Shown here: in pieces, positions 11,673-25,885 of the stretch
Numbering within the stretch: position 1 is the stretch's first letter
Layout of the letters: each line of letters begins with the position of its first letter
Origin: Octopus sinensis
Lineage: Eukaryota
NCBI RefSeq assembly: GCF_006345805.1
Contig: NC_043002.1
Span: 33,232,001 to 33,296,000 of the forward strand
DNA: 64,000 bases
Direction: 5' to 3'
Notes under the pieces: generated by a model
Seen by the model: only the letters and a program-made list of their open reading frames with translations
Told to the model about the DNA's origin: nothing
Database searches by the model: none
Translations under genes and position numbers: made by a program

Positions 11673-12070
11673 TTCTTTTAATCTTTTATTTATTTCAGTC
11701 ATTTGATAGTGGTCATGTTAGAGCACCGCCTTGAAGGGCTTTTTAGTCGAACAAATCGATCTCTTGACTTTTCTTTTAAGCCTAGTAATTATCCTTTCGG
11801 TTTCTTTTGCCGAACGTCTAAGTTACGGGGACGTAAACATATCAATACCGGTTGTCAAGCGATGATGTGGGTACAAATAGACTCAAAAACGCACACGCAC
11901 ACATGTATACGACGGGTTTCTTTCAGTTTTCGACTACCAAATCCACTCACAAGGCTTTGATCTGCCCGAGGCTATAGTAGAAAACACTTTCCCAAGGTGC
12001 CACGCAGTGGAACTGAATCCGGAACCATGTGGTTGGGAAACAAGCTTCTTACCACACAGCCACACCTGCA
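11673..12070 (-). mobile_element. SINE family A
   Basis: tRNA-like head GGTGTGGCTGTGTGGTAAG...GGTTCCGGATTCAGTTCC, internal CA tract, conserved 3' body. Confidence 0.85.
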
Positions 12071-12629
12071 CTGACTTACGTTAAAAAATATTAAAATAGT
12101 TTTCAAAATTTAGAGCTTGTCGAACACCATGGCAAAAAAAAAAAAATATAAGGATGCACACGTTAAGGTTGTCGTTTTAAAAAAGGGATAAGTGAAAGCA
12201 CAATATTTCTCTAATACTTAAGTAGAAGGACTGACATTTGTCAGTGAGTGGAACCCTGCTATAGTGCATTCGCTATTGCATTTACCATGTCATCTTAAAA
12301 CAGGAAGAACATACTGCACAATGTCACTTAATGGTCATGGCTGGAATGTCTTTAATCCCATGTTTTCTTGGTTAGAGTAAACCTGAAGCAAAATAATCAT
12401 TTCCTCGAAATAACGGGTGAACGTCTACGAGGTTGCTCAATTTGTCAGAAAAAGCAACTAAAATCTTTTAAGTCATTCTCTAAGATCTATAAAAATGAAA
12501 TGCCATATTACATAATGTAACAATGGTAGTACTATGTTTGTAAAAAGATAGCACATTCGTGGCTAGAATGCATGTCTGCTTAATCAGCGCTGACATAGGG
12601 TTAAATCATTTTTCCAGCCAACTTTTGTT

Positions 12630-12780
12630 TTTTCTTTTCATTTCATTTTCATTCTTTTTATATTTCAAATGAAGAGCTAGAGTCTGAAACGTCAAAACAC
12701 TTTCTCCTTTTTCAACGTGAAACTAGCCTCTCCTGTATTTTCTTCTTTTTGTGCTCATCCTCTAACATACTGCTAATATT
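12630..12780 (+). mobile_element. Degenerate pLTR-like fragment with HHR-like remnant (12663-12696)
   Basis: TTT-CAAATGA-A-GAGC-TAGA-GTCT-GAAAC-GTC-AAA. Confidence 0.4.
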
Positions 12781-13269
12781 TCTTAATGCACAACAGTCGA
12801 TGTCTGAACCTCTGTCTGTATTTATACCTTACTAGAAATAGCAGCCAAAATCTCTCCCAAATCACACCCTAGAATTTTGAAAAAAATATTACTAATGGAA
12901 TAAAGTAGTTATAGATGTATTATGTTTGAAAATAAGATTAGATAGCCATGGTTTTGGCCATAGTTCTGCTCGGCCAAGGTGAACTTAGGATTACACAATA
13001 ATAATAGCAACAACGATAAATCGCTATACTTAATTAAATATACAAAGGGAACTAATAACAGAATATACATTAGTTCACTAATTATGATGATATCGTAATT
13101 GTAAGTTATAGATGAGACAGAGCAGATTCTAATAGTGTAGAGTTAACAGAGATATTGTAATATGAAAGACATAGACATCTGGAAATAAATAATGAATAGA
13201 GACACTGTCAGATCTCTCACTCCCTCCCTCACTCATGTTCTGATATATCTATCTATCTATCTATCTATA

Positions 13270-13392
<123 letters not shown>

Positions 13393-13561
13393 TACATAGC
13401 GTATATATATATATTTATGTATATATATTCATGTATAAGTTGTATATGGTCAAACATACACAAATATATATTTATACACATGCAAACACTTATATATTTA
13501 TGTATGTAAATGCAAAAATATATATGCATAAGTGTGTGAGTGAGTGAGTGAGTGAGTGAAT

Positions 13562-13631
<70 letters not shown>

Positions 13632-14504
13632 CTAATGAGTGTCTATTAATTGAGACGCAGTTCTCCAGAGGATAACTGAGCTGATTCATATCTTGGAAAA
13701 ATTTCAGTGTTAGTAAAGATACCTGTAACATTCATTCACACACAGACATTCACAGCCACACACATACACACACAAACACAGAGATAAATACATACATATC
13801 AGTTTTAGAATATATACATAAACCATTCATGTATACGTATAATACACAGACATTATCAGTTCTAGTTCATATTCATAAACCATACATATATAATCATAAA
13901 TAACATACATACGCATATCAGTTTTAGTAGAGGCTTATCGGTCATATGTATATGCATATATATGACATTCATAGACAGATTCATCAGTCTTATTCTTCAT
14001 CACAAAATCTTTTATCCGTTCATCTGTCTACCTGTCTACCTAGCTACCTCTGTTTCTACATACAAAAAAATCAATTCATTAGATTTATGAAGGGTTATGC
14101 CAGCATTTCCTGGTTCTGCACTAAATTTTAAAAAGAACTATAAAAGCATTAAACTGGAGACAACATGATGTGTATAAATTGCGCATGTATCGCCTACTGA
14201 ACATCCTTGATATATTTTAATGTCTATAAAACACAAGCCAAGCAGTCTATTGAATAAAAAAAAGTCAATGAGTTTCTCGTCAGTTATAACTGCGCCATTT
14301 TTATCAACAAGTTGACTGGACAGTTATTTAGCATAGTAGCATAGGTTACACACAAGTAACTTGTACATTCCAAACTTTCTTCACAAACACACACAAGCGC
14401 ACACAGACTCACATCACGCTCACTCACAAACACATACACATACAAATGTACACAATAGTCGAATTAAAAATATATAATGTAAATAATGTGGTTTATAATG
14501 TGCT

Positions 14505-14762
14505 AAGTAATGTGGTTTAATCTCCGTTTTTGTTGACAACAAATAACTAATACGTTGGTTCATCGGTTGAGTAATACCGCTGGCTGTTTCAGGAACTCAA
14601 GCGCCTCACTGTTGCAGAGCATACAATATTCTCCCTTCTAGACCAAGATGTTGGGGCTTTATCCACAATATTCCAGATTATGTTGGCACGCTCAGTTCTG
14701 CGGCCCCTTAGTTTCCAGATGCAGTTGGACAAGGAGGTGGAGTTCTCTTGTTCCACAATCTG
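14505..14762 (-). pseudogene. PLE endonuclease C-terminal remnant
   Basis: ENSTSLSNCIWKL...IIWNIVDKAP then, after a frameshift, CMLCNSEALEFLKQPAVLLNR; resembles the PLE C-terminal STELSKYIWKLK...CNLCLxEK...LLNKR pattern. Confidence 0.7.
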
Positions 14763-14941
14763 AATGAATGTATATGTTAGCTATAATGATTTTAAAACTC
14801 TGAAACCGTCGTATACATACACACGAACTTCAGCTACAGCGAACCAAAGTTAAAAACATTATAATGAAGATAAATGAGAGCTTTAGTTATGATTACTTTT
14901 TGTGTATGTATATAGTTTCTAAGTATTGCCTTCTGTAGAGA

Positions 14942-15070
<129 letters not shown>

Positions 15071-15164
15071 GCCTGCCTGTCTGTCTGTCCGTCTGTCTGT
15101 CTGTCTGTGTCTGTCTGTCTGTCTGTCTGTGTCTGTCTGTCTATTGATCGATCTATATATCTAA

Positions 15165-15295
15165 GGTGTCGCAGAGCAACGTGAGTTGAAGTGTTTTACT
15201 CAAGAACACAACGCACTGCCCTCTCCGAGAATCGAATCCACGATCTTGCGATCGTGAGTACAACACCCTAACCACAAGGCCATACGCCCTCAAAC
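15165..15295 (-). mobile_element. SINE family D fragment
   Basis: B-box-like GGATTCGATTC followed by GTGTTCTTGAGTAAAACACTT, as in the 35512 copy. Confidence 0.6.
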
Positions 15296-15454
15296 ACGCA
15301 CATATGCACACACGAACGCGCGTGCACATACAGACGTACGCATATGTGTGTGTGTGGGGGGGTGTACAAACGCACGCATTTATATGTATGTATGTATGTA
15401 TGTAATGTACGTGTGTGTATGTGTACATGTGTTTGTGTGTTTGCGTATGTATAG

Positions 15455-15622
15455 AAAGAGTAAGAGAAAGTTGTGGTGAAAGAGTACAGCAGGGTTCACC
15501 ACCACCCCATGCCTGAGCGTTGTGGAGCTTTAGGTGTTTTCGCTCAATAAACACTCACAACGCCCGGTCTGGGAATCGAAACCGCGAGTTCGCAGCCCTA
15601 ACCACTGGACCATTGCGCCTCC
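15455..15622 (-). mobile_element. SINE family C, 5' part
   Basis: Same tRNA head as 9741. Confidence 0.8.
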
Positions 15623-15626
15623 ACAC

Positions 15627-15682
<56 letters not shown>

Positions 15683-16509
15683 GTATATGTATACATATAT
15701 ACACATACATACAAGCGTGTGTGTATATTTGTATATTATATTACAAAGTATTTGTAAATATTTGTATTTTAATGTCTATTATATATCTACAATCGGAAGA
15801 ATACACACACACATATGTATGTATGCATGTATGTATGTATGTATGTATGTATGTATGTATGTATGTATGTATGTATGTATGTATGTATGTATATGTATAT
15901 CTATATGTATGTGAGTATTTTGTATGCATGTATGTATTTATGTATGTAAGACAGTGACTTCTATATTTCTATTGTAACGGGTCTGTTTTTGTTCCTCTGT
16001 TACCAATAAAGACGAGATATTACTGGTGGTTTGCAATAGCTTAAAACCAATAATTTTACTGCCAAACCATCTTTGAAAATATGTTGGAAATTCTCAAGAT
16101 TGGATATTAAAAAAACAACAAAAAAAAATCGGAAACTAACAAACAATAAAACCAATCACGATATATAATGAAAGTGAAACTGAAAATATGTAAATTTAGA
16201 AACAAATAGTTAAACAAAACAAAAATAAACAAATAAAACGAATTCCTTTTTGTTTCTATTGCAATAAGCATCTTCCAACGACAATAGGAAGACAGAGGGG
16301 ACGAAGGGGTGGGGAATACTGGAGACAGAAGTGGAGGGGTGGCAGGGAATAAACGATTACTTTTTTTGTCTATTTTAATATAACTTTAAATTTGTTTTTT
16401 CTCTTTCAAATTTCTTTACGATAGAATATATCAAAACTTCAAAGATGTATCTTAAATAAAATAATATATGGCGGCTTATTTTAAACTGCTGCTGTTGTTG
16501 TTGTTCTGG

Positions 16510-16895
16510 TGGTGGTGGTGGTGGTGTAGTTGCTCCTGCTGTTGTTGCTAATGCGTTGCTGTCTTCTTCTTCTTTCTTCTTCTTCTTCTTTTCTTCTCTT
16601 CTTCTTTTCTTCCTTCTTCTTCTTCTTCTTCCTTCTTCTTCTTCTTCTCTTCTTCCTTCCTTTTCTTTTCTTCTTCTCCTCTCCTCCCTCTTTCTCTTCT
16701 CCTCCTCCTATTCTTTTCTTCTTCTTCCTTTTCTTCTTCCTCCTCCCCTTTCTTTTTCTTCTTCTTCTTTTCTTCTTCTTCTTCTCCTCCTCCTTCTTCT
16801 TTTTCTTTTCTTCTTCTTCTCTTCTTCTTCTTCTTCTTCCTTCTTCTTTCTCTTCCCTCCTTCTCTTCTTTCTCTTCTTCTTCTTCTTCTTCTTC
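16510..16895 (-). repeat. Expanded degenerate (GAA)n tail of SINE C
   Basis: Polypurine/polypyrimidine tract directly continuous with the SINE 3' end. Confidence 0.8.
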
Positions 16896-17356
16896 GTCTT
16901 CTTCAATCAGGACTCACGCCATTCTCCACAAAGAATAATCTCTATTTCGTTCGATCGACTCCGAGCTTAACTCACCACTAAGAATGCGTGTGACAACTTG
17001 AAGATCCACCCACCACACGTGATAGACTGGCGGGTGCACGGGTGCGAAAGCTATGTTGTTATCCTCATTCCGTAAACGGTGGTTTTTAACGGGTGTAGAG
17101 CTGAACCAACCTGGGGTAGACTAGAGTCTGAAAGTTTACCACACCATGGTTCCTCTGCTTTGTGGCAGAAGCAGGAAGAAAGAGAGAAAGAAAGTTGTGG
17201 TGAAAGACTACAGCGGGGTTCATATCCCACCGCCGGAGTCTCGTGGAGCTTAGGTGTTTTTGCTCAATAATCATTCACAATACCCGGTCTGGGAATCGAA
17301 ACCGCATTCTTACGACCGCGAGTCCGTTGCCCTAACCACTGGGCCACTGCGCCTCA
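16895..17356 (-). mobile_element. SINE family C, full length
   Basis: Colinear with 9741-10268. Confidence 0.85.
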
Positions 17357-17671
17357 CTACTGTTGATTTTGATGGCGATTGCGGTCACGGCCATGATGAC
17401 GAAGATAGAGATGAGGATGAGTAAGGCTTGTTATTGTTATTTTTATTTATATTTTGTTGAGTCTGCATGTCATCATCATCGTCGTCGTCATCGTCATCGT
17501 CATCATCATCACCGCTATCATCACAACTACCAAACCTGTCACAATCGTATATACCCAACACCACCGCCACTGCCAACACCTTATCACTATTCTCTTCTCC
17601 GTTCACTTCTTTCTCCTTATTCTCAGCCCCCCCCCCCCATCACCACCATCTTCATATCATGTCTTTTCATC

Positions 17672-17868
17672 TCTAGGCGCAAGGTCTGAAATTTTGAGGG
17701 AGGAGACCAGTTGATTAGATCGACCCCAGTATGCAACTGGTACTTAATTTATCGACCTCGAAAGGATGAAAGGATGAAAGGCGGAATTTGAACACAGAAC
17801 GTAACGGCAGACGAAACGCCGATAAGCATTTCGCTCGGCGTGCTAACGTTCCTGCTAGCTCGCCGACT
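17672..17868 (-). mobile_element. SINE family B
   Basis: GGCGAGCTAGCAGGAACGTTAGCACGCCGAGCGAAATG head and GGGGTCGAT core. Confidence 0.8.
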
Positions 17869-18086
17869 TCATATCGTGTCATCATATCATGTCATACCAT
17901 CTTCATATCATGTCATCATCATCATCATCATCATCATTTCTATCATCATTTCCATAATCACCGTCATTATTTCGATCATCGTATTCGTCACAGTTGCCGT
18001 CATTATTTATCGCTCCGGACAAAATGTTTAACGACATTTTATACAACAACCCACTAGCATAGTAGTCTGTTGTATATATACTAATA

Positions 18087-18448
18087 AGCGCAGGAATGGC
18101 TGTGTAGAAAGTACTTTGCTTACCAACCACATGGTTACGGGTTCAGTCCTACTGCATAGCGCCTAGTGCAGATACCTTCTACAATGGCTTCGGGCCGACC
18201 AAAGCCTTGTGAGTGGATTTGGTAGACGGAAACTGAAAGAAGTCCGCCGTATATATATGCATGTGCGTGAATATGTTTGTACCCCCAACATCGCTTGACA
18301 TCCGATGCTGGTGTGTTTACGTTCCCGTAAACTAGCGATTCGGCAAATGAGACCGATAAGTCCTGGGGACGTTTTGCTCGACTAGAGGCTTTGCTCCAGC
18401 ATGGCCACAGTCAAATGACTGAAACAAGTAAAAGAATAAAAGAATAAA
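18087..18448 (+). mobile_element. SINE family A
   Basis: Head, body and (AAAAGAAT)-like tail. Confidence 0.85.
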
Positions 18449-18727
18449 TATATAGGTATGTAATGTATGTATGTACACACACACACATACACACACACAC
18501 ACACACACACGCCATTTTTGACGATTTTCGCCTGCTGCTGATAAAATTTTAAACACAGTACGTCCATAACAGATATTATTTCAAGATGAATCCGCTGCAA
18601 GTTCGCTTTTCTGCGACGTATTTGCATTAAGTATAATACACAGACGAGTATTTTAATCTAATACCGTTTCTGTTGCATACAACGGATGTGTGTGTGTGTG
18701 TGTGTTCGTATATCCGCTCCTTATATA

Positions 18728-18761
18728 TCTTTATATATATAAAATTGAGAATGTGTGTCTA

Positions 18762-18798
<37 letters not shown>

Positions 18799-19058
18799 TT
18801 CCCTAAAACTTGAGAACTACACAACCAATTTCATTCAAATTTTACACATGCGTTACTTAAGGTCCATGTAGTTTCATGGGCAAAAAAAATGTTCAATTCT
18901 TGCCTAGAGCGAGCCCATAGCAATANNNNNNNNNNNNNNNNNNNNNNNNNNNNNNNNNNNNNNNNNNNNNNNNNNNNNNNNNNNNNNNNNNNNNNNNNNN
19001 NNNNNNNNNNNNNNNNNNNNNNNNNTATGACCCGGCAACGACGGGTCTTTAATGCTAG
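18728..19058 (+). mobile_element. Non-autonomous Helitron spanning the assembly gap
   Basis: A|TC start at 18728; after the gap, hairpin GACCCG-GCAACGA-CGGGTC then CTAG|T at 19058. Confidence 0.65.
18926..19025. other. Assembly gap (100 N)
   Basis: Direct reading. Confidence 1.
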
Positions 19059-19270
19059 TATATATATATTCTATATAAATGTGTCTGTGTGCATGCGTGT
19101 GTGTGTGTGTAAGAGAGAGAGAGTGAGAGAGAGAGAGAGAGAATGAGAAAAAAGAGAGAGAGAGAGTGTTTGAGTGTGTGTGTGTGCATTCGTGTGTACG
19201 TATTTCTGCATATATATATATATATATACACACACATGAACATATATGTATTTATATATTTGTATATATT

Positions 19271-19420
19271 TAGGTGCAGTCAGGGCTGTATGGTAAGAAG
19301 TTTGTTTCCCAACCACATGGCTCTGGGTTCTGTCCCACTGTATGGTTCCTTGATTAAGTGTCTTCCACTAAAGCCCAAGGCCGACCAAAGCCGGTGTGTG
19401 TCATTGTGCTTGTCCCCCAC
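19271..19420 (+). mobile_element. SINE family A, 5' part
   Basis: Head match. Confidence 0.7.
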
Positions 19421-20759
19421 CGATGTTGGTTTACTCACTCCCCATAGCATAGCTGTTCGAACCCGCGAGAAGGCTGTTCTTATCGAGAAAGTTGCTCTCT
19501 AACCATCGATATGGACAGAAAGCGCTTTGAATTGACCTTGTATGTTTACACTCTTTTATCTACAACGAGAATATTTCTCTATGACAAAATGCAATGAATA
19601 GTGTTCTTGCTTGTTCGAATATTACTCAAGTGCATTTGAACTGATAACATTTATATAATATTTAAATAAATCACTGCTTGACGCGTCTAATCCGCACGAA
19701 CGCACGCACACACGCACATACACGTATTATATATGTATGTATGTAAATATATGTATGTATAATAATAGCTCAACAAGCGATATAAATCTCTTTGTCACAT
19801 CCTTTTCCTTTTCATTTGCTCAATGAATAGCTTTTACTCTTTAGTAAAAGCACGTAATGAAGCTTTATTAACAATATTTAGCTTCGACATTCTTTTTCAT
19901 ATTTGTTTGGCGGTCATTTTGTAACCGGTTCGTACATCACTATTGCAATATCACCAGTGAAAATACTAGTATTTCTCGTTCCAGATTGTAGACGCACTAA
20001 TTAGAAGACTGTCTCCAATTTTATTTTATTTTATTTAGTACTCTCACATAGAAGAATTGGACAAACCTTATACGTTTACGAGACTGTTATCACTTCGGCA
20101 CCAACTTATAATCGAGGAAGATATTTTATTTTTGTAATAAAGCTACAATCAAGCAGACCTGTATAATAAGATATTCCAGGCATTTTTCTTTTTCTCCAGA
20201 CATATTTCTTTTACTCCAGACATTTTCTATTGAAGACTACATTATCGAATGTGTCCAATATCTTTAAAGAAATCAAAGAATGATTTGAGATATTCATTTC
20301 TTGGCCGGGCAATATCTTATATTAATCTTAATCTTAGTTACTCTATCATCTGGATTAACGCCAACACCCTCGTGTTTCCTTTGTGGAATTCATCTAGATT
20401 CAGTGCAGTTCTCCAGTTTGAAGTCAACTTCCTCTCACCAATCTTAGATACCCTGTAAAAACTCATCGCTACTGCCTTAAACTCTGTTTAAAAGTTAAAA
20501 TATTAGATGTGTAGACAAAATAAAATAGAATATCTTATTCTTGTGTTGGTGATTTTGTTCTATAAAATGGGCCGTGTTAAAATAATCGTTCCTCTGCTGT
20601 TGTTAAATTTGTTGCGGCTGGAGTCGAACTTTGTTCAATAGAATTTATAAAATAGCTGAGACTGCGAGCAGGTGTAATTTTAGTGTTTCAATCATTCTAT
20701 AATCAATTAAATTGCTTAATCTCTAACAAAGTTTATGAATATCACAGAATCTCATTACC

Positions 20760-21362
20760 TATTTCTTTACTACCCACTAGGGGCTAAACATAGAGAGGAC
20801 AAACAAGGACAGACAAAAACGTATTAAGTCGATTATATCGACCCCAGTGCGTATCTGGTACTTATTTAATCGACCTCGAAAGGATGAAAGGCAAAGTCAA
20901 CCTCGGCGGAATTTGAACTCAGAACGTATCGGCAGACGAAATACCTATTTCTTTACTACCCACAAAGAGCTAAACACAGAGAGGACAAACAAGGATAGAC
21001 AAACGGATTAAGTCGATTATATCGACCCCAGTGCGTAACTGGTACTTATTTAATCGACCCCGAAAGGATGAAAGGCAAAGTCGACCTCGGTGGAATTTGA
21101 ACTCAGAACGTATCGGCAGACGAAATACCTATTTCTTTGCTACCCACAAAGGGCTAAACACAGAGAGGCCAAACAAGGACAGACAAACGGATTAAGTCGA
21201 TTATATCGACCCCAGTGCGTAACTGGTACTTATTTAATCGACCTCGAAAGGATGAAAGGCAAAGTCGACCTCGGTGGAATTTGAACTCAGAACGTATCGG
21301 TGACGAAATACCGCGAAGCATTTCGCCCGGCGTGCTAACGATTCTACCAGCTCGCCGACTTT
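20760..21362 (-). mobile_element. SINE family B with one head and three tandem bodies, in an 18-bp TSD
   Basis: Units start at 20760, 20946 and 21130; TSD TCACAGAATCTCATTACC at 20742-20759 and 21363-21380. Confidence 0.9.
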
Positions 21363-21565
21363 TCACAGAATCTCATTACCCTTTTCAAACTGTGAATGTA
21401 ATGAGACAAAAAAATAAATAAATGAAAAAGAAAAAAAAAAAAATGGAATGAAGGCTAAGGTTCGATGGAACTAGTAATAGTCTGTGTGGCCAATATAAAA
21501 TCAATTAATAACATTTATAAAATAAGATCGTATAATTGAAAAAGGGGTGAATTCTGGTGTTTCAG

Positions 21566-21642
21566 GCAGAACACATTCTATGAATTCTACAAACCTATGG
21601 CCTTTTACATTATTAAAAGAGATCAAAAATTATCTATGTTAT
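21566..21642 (+). CDS. Candidate small exon (QNTFYEFYKPMAFYIIKRDQKLSML, or alternative frame)
   Basis: TGTTTCAG acceptor and GTAAGT donor; two frames open; no homology recognised. Confidence 0.25.
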
Positions 21643-22019
21643 GTAAGTCTCACTTTCCTTGCCGATATTCTGGTCAGTTTTGAGCTGCCGGTAAATAAAC
21701 AAAATAACTGATTAAACTAATAACTAGCACCACAATAAATGAAAGCTAGTCAGATTAATTGATATTCTAAGTGTCAGCAAGGTCAAGAATTTTAACTCAT
21801 TTAACTTACCTTTTTTTTTTTTTTTTTTAGATCCCGATATTAACCAAAACCATTATCTACCAGACCACATTTCTTCACCTATTTTATTATGAATGTTTAA
21901 AATATATATTTAGCGCAAAATATAGATATACATCCATATATATATATATATATATATATAGTATATATATAGATGTATATCTATATCGGTGCCTTGTTGT
22001 ACCATTTATTTACTTTTAT

Positions 22020-22558
22020 ATGTATATATATATATATATATATATGAATAAATAAAACATATGCATATATACATACATATATGTACGTACGTACCTCTAC
22101 ATGTATATATACATGCATATATGGGTACAGGACACCAAAAAAACGTCGAACACAATGAGAAACGAAAACATAAACACAAAACCGAGGAAATGGACATTTT
22201 TTTAAACAACGAAAAAATAGAGTACAGGACATACAAACAAGGAAAATTCCCCGTCTTCAGTCGCCTTAATTTCATCTACTCCACGTTTCGAAGGTCAGGC
22301 GATACATGACTTCAATGAAATTTTCCTTCCCGCGGAAATCAAATTAAATAAAATTTGAGATTATTTTGCGGAGGGGTAAAAATGGTAACAAAAACAGGAC
22401 AGTAACGACAGTACAAAATATAAACAGGACAACGGAGAATAACAGTAACACAAACAAGGAGGGCTGTTAAGCCAAACGAGATAAAATTTTTTACGAACGC
22501 AATTGAACATATATGTATGTATATATGCATATGTTTATTTATTTATTCATTTATATAT
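22020..22558 (-). mobile_element. PLE pLTR-like non-coding element with short inverted end
   Basis: Homologous to 41833-42922; 22508-22558 is an inverted copy of about 22025-22080; set in (TA)n. Confidence 0.55.
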
Positions 22559-22598
22559 GACTGAACGCACGCACATTTCTAAGTAAGATTGTTCTTAA

Positions 22599-22661
<63 letters not shown>

Positions 22662-22841
22662 TACATATATACATACATATATACGTACATATATGTAGAA
22701 AAAGAGAGAAAGAGCACTTGTTACAATATAAACTAGATAGTTATCGTTTGCAGCTGCCTGCATAAACTCTATTATAGACTTGCCTCTTCACATTAATAAA
22801 TTAAGCCGCATTGATTTAGTTTTTATCTCCCTTTGATACAG

Positions 22842-22900
22842 AATCAAAACTGGGTCAAAAGAGAGACTCAGTGGGTATAGAATTGACTGTGTCAGTAGAC
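22842..22900 (+). CDS. Candidate small exon (SKLGQKRDSVGIELTVSVD)
   Basis: Pyrimidine tract plus TACAG acceptor; GTAAGC donor; open frame phase 1 to 0. Confidence 0.25.
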
Positions 22901-23305
22901 GTAAGCTTAACTGTGTAGTTCAGCGAGCCCAGGCATGGGGGTTCAGCTGTAACAGGCATAACTATGTGGCTCAGTGCATACGTACACACGCATACATACA
23001 CACACGCACACACACACACACACAGTCATTCGTCTAAAAACAAACTCTATAAAGGTAAGATGAAAACACACAAAATGAAATTATTCGCAACGCCTAATTG
23101 AAAACCCCTACACACACATACACACAAGCTAAAATTACTTAATTAAATGAATATATTTAAAAATGTACAAATAAGCAAAAACGCCTACCGCCGCCCCATC
23201 ACCTTATAAACAAATCAATAATACCCCTCCTCACCTACAACAAACAGAACCAATAAAAATTCCAAGGAACAAACATACGCATCAGACCACCCACGCATAT
23301 CAATG

Positions 23306-23339
<34 letters not shown>

Positions 23340-23391
23340 TATATATATATACATATACACACATATATGTATGTATGTATCTATATGTATG

Positions 23392-23427
<36 letters not shown>

Positions 23428-23546
23428 CACACATACATACATATGTGTGTGTTATATGTACATATATATATGTGTATAATAATATATATATATATATATA
23501 TATACATACACACATACATGCATATGTGTGTGTATATGTACATAAA

Positions 23547-23596
<50 letters not shown>

Positions 23597-23714
23597 TATA
23601 TATATGTACATATACACACACATGTATGTATGTGTATATATATATACATATATATATATATAATATATTATATAACAACATATAGATACATACATGCATA
23701 CATAAATACATACA

Positions 23715-23781
<67 letters not shown>

Positions 23782-23802
23782 CATGCACATATACATAACA
23801 TA

Positions 23803-24706
23803 CAGAGTGGGTGAAAAGTAAGTTAGCATTAAAAATTGATAATAAAATCCATATTTCTTTTACAAATTTATTGAAACAAGTGATACGTGTTCTTTATTAA
23901 ATGGGAAATTCATGCTTCAACGTAAGCACCGGTGGCGTCAACCAGTTTCCTTAAACGGCCAAGGATGGAATGAACAACCTTCTGAAGGGCGTCATCTGGA
24001 ATATCATTGAGAACCTCCTGAGTCCGTGTCTCTAAGTCCTCCAGTGTGCGGAGTTTTGTCTTGCACACCTTTTTTGTGTAATCGCACAGGTAAATATCAC
24101 ATGGAGTGAGATCTGGAGGCCATTCCATATTCCATTCTCCATTCTTGGAGGCCATTCCATATTCCATTCTGCGGTCACAGTCTTCTGGTTTTAGCTCTTG
24201 CATGTAATAGGGTTTCCACAGACGAAAGTTCAATTCTTTATGCAACACTGTACGTATTGTGTCTTGTTAGTCCACTTTTACGAGCTGCTTGACGTATTGA
24301 CTTTTGTGGGCTGCGATAAAACATTTCCTGCACTGTTGCCACGTTCTCCGCTGATCAGAATGTGGCTGGACGGCCACTTCTTGCATCGTTCACTGAGATG
24401 ATGGTCATCAACTTTGCATGACAACGTTTTATTGTCTCCGGCCGTGGTGTTGCATGTCTACATTTCTATGCACGCCACCATCTCTGAACCAAAACAATGG
24501 AATCCACACTTCATAGTGTGTTTCTATTTTGCCTCAGTCCTGAACAGTCAAGTGACCAACCATCTGGAAAATATGAAATAAGAAATAAGAAAGTAAGAAA
24601 TCCCCATTAGTGTTGTCTGTTTAAAAAAAGGTTTTCGTTATGACTTCACTGACACTAAAAATCCCATAAGCAATTTCTAATGCCTAGTTATTTCCCACTC
24701 ACCCTG
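23803..24706 (-). mobile_element. Internally deleted Tc1/mariner-superfamily transposon (maT/DD37D-like)
   Basis: TA flanks; imperfect TIRs CAG(A/G)GTG(G/A)GTG; remnants SGRP...RSPQKSIRQAARKSGL, KPYYMQELKPEDCDRRMEY and WPP(RS)PDLTPCD-like; DDD core missing. Confidence 0.85.
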
Positions 24707-24776
24707 TACATATATGCATACATACATACACACATACATACATACATACATACATACATACATACATACATACATA

Positions 24777-24898
<122 letters not shown>

Positions 24899-24965
24899 AT
24901 ATAATATATATATTATATATATAATATAAAGGAGGCATATGTTATATATGTTATATATATGTATA

Positions 24966-25062
24966 AATACAAAATGGGACAAGGACACGAAACATTCAAA
25001 TAGACGATACAAAAAACACGGACGGGTCATTCGAAGCCTCGAATCTTCAGTCAAGAACCGGA
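24966..25062 (-). mobile_element. Truncated copy of the 31665-31995 element
   Basis: Shared GACGATACAAAAAACACGGAC...TCTTCAGTCAAGAACCGGATC. Confidence 0.7.
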
Positions 25063-25112
25063 TCTATATATACACCACACATATATACACGCACACACAC
25101 ACATAAATATAA

Positions 25113-25201
<89 letters not shown>

Positions 25202-25281
25202 TATATATATAATATTCCTCTATTACATAATATCGAGGTCTGGTTTTTTTGTTTTCATTTTTTATTATTATTGTTAATCTA

Positions 25282-25319
<38 letters not shown>

Positions 25320-25439
25320 TTATGTACATGTATACACACACACCGCCACCCCCACCACAAGTAGTGTCTTATAGCAGTTTCATCTGAAAACCGCAGTAGC
25401 ATTAAACCCGATTGTGTGACAAATTCTCTGCTTCAGTTT

Positions 25440-25505
<66 letters not shown>

Positions 25506-25885
25506 ACATACACACCCTCACACACACACACACACACTCACACTCACATACACACACACGCACCCACATACACACACAACATATATTAGAGTTTGCTTTT
25601 ATATTCATTTATAATAAAAACAATTTTACATTAATCAGATGGGTTACTCTATACTTTTGTAAAATACAAATTTGTTATTCTCATACAAGAATGTTGCTGA
25701 CAGCGACTTCGAAGTTCCGGACAGTTAAGCCATCATCTGACATACATACATACACATGCGCACACACATAACTGGGGCGAATGCATAGATTACGAAAGCG
25801 TCTCACTGCTTTCTGACCTTGTTATTCTTAATCTTGTGATGAAGAAACCACCAACGTGAAGTTGTAGTCAAACATAATTAATAAT

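Noticed and set aside
20760-21312. CRISPR-like or satellite array
   Set aside because: Eukaryotic context; units are complete SINE bodies without unique spacers.
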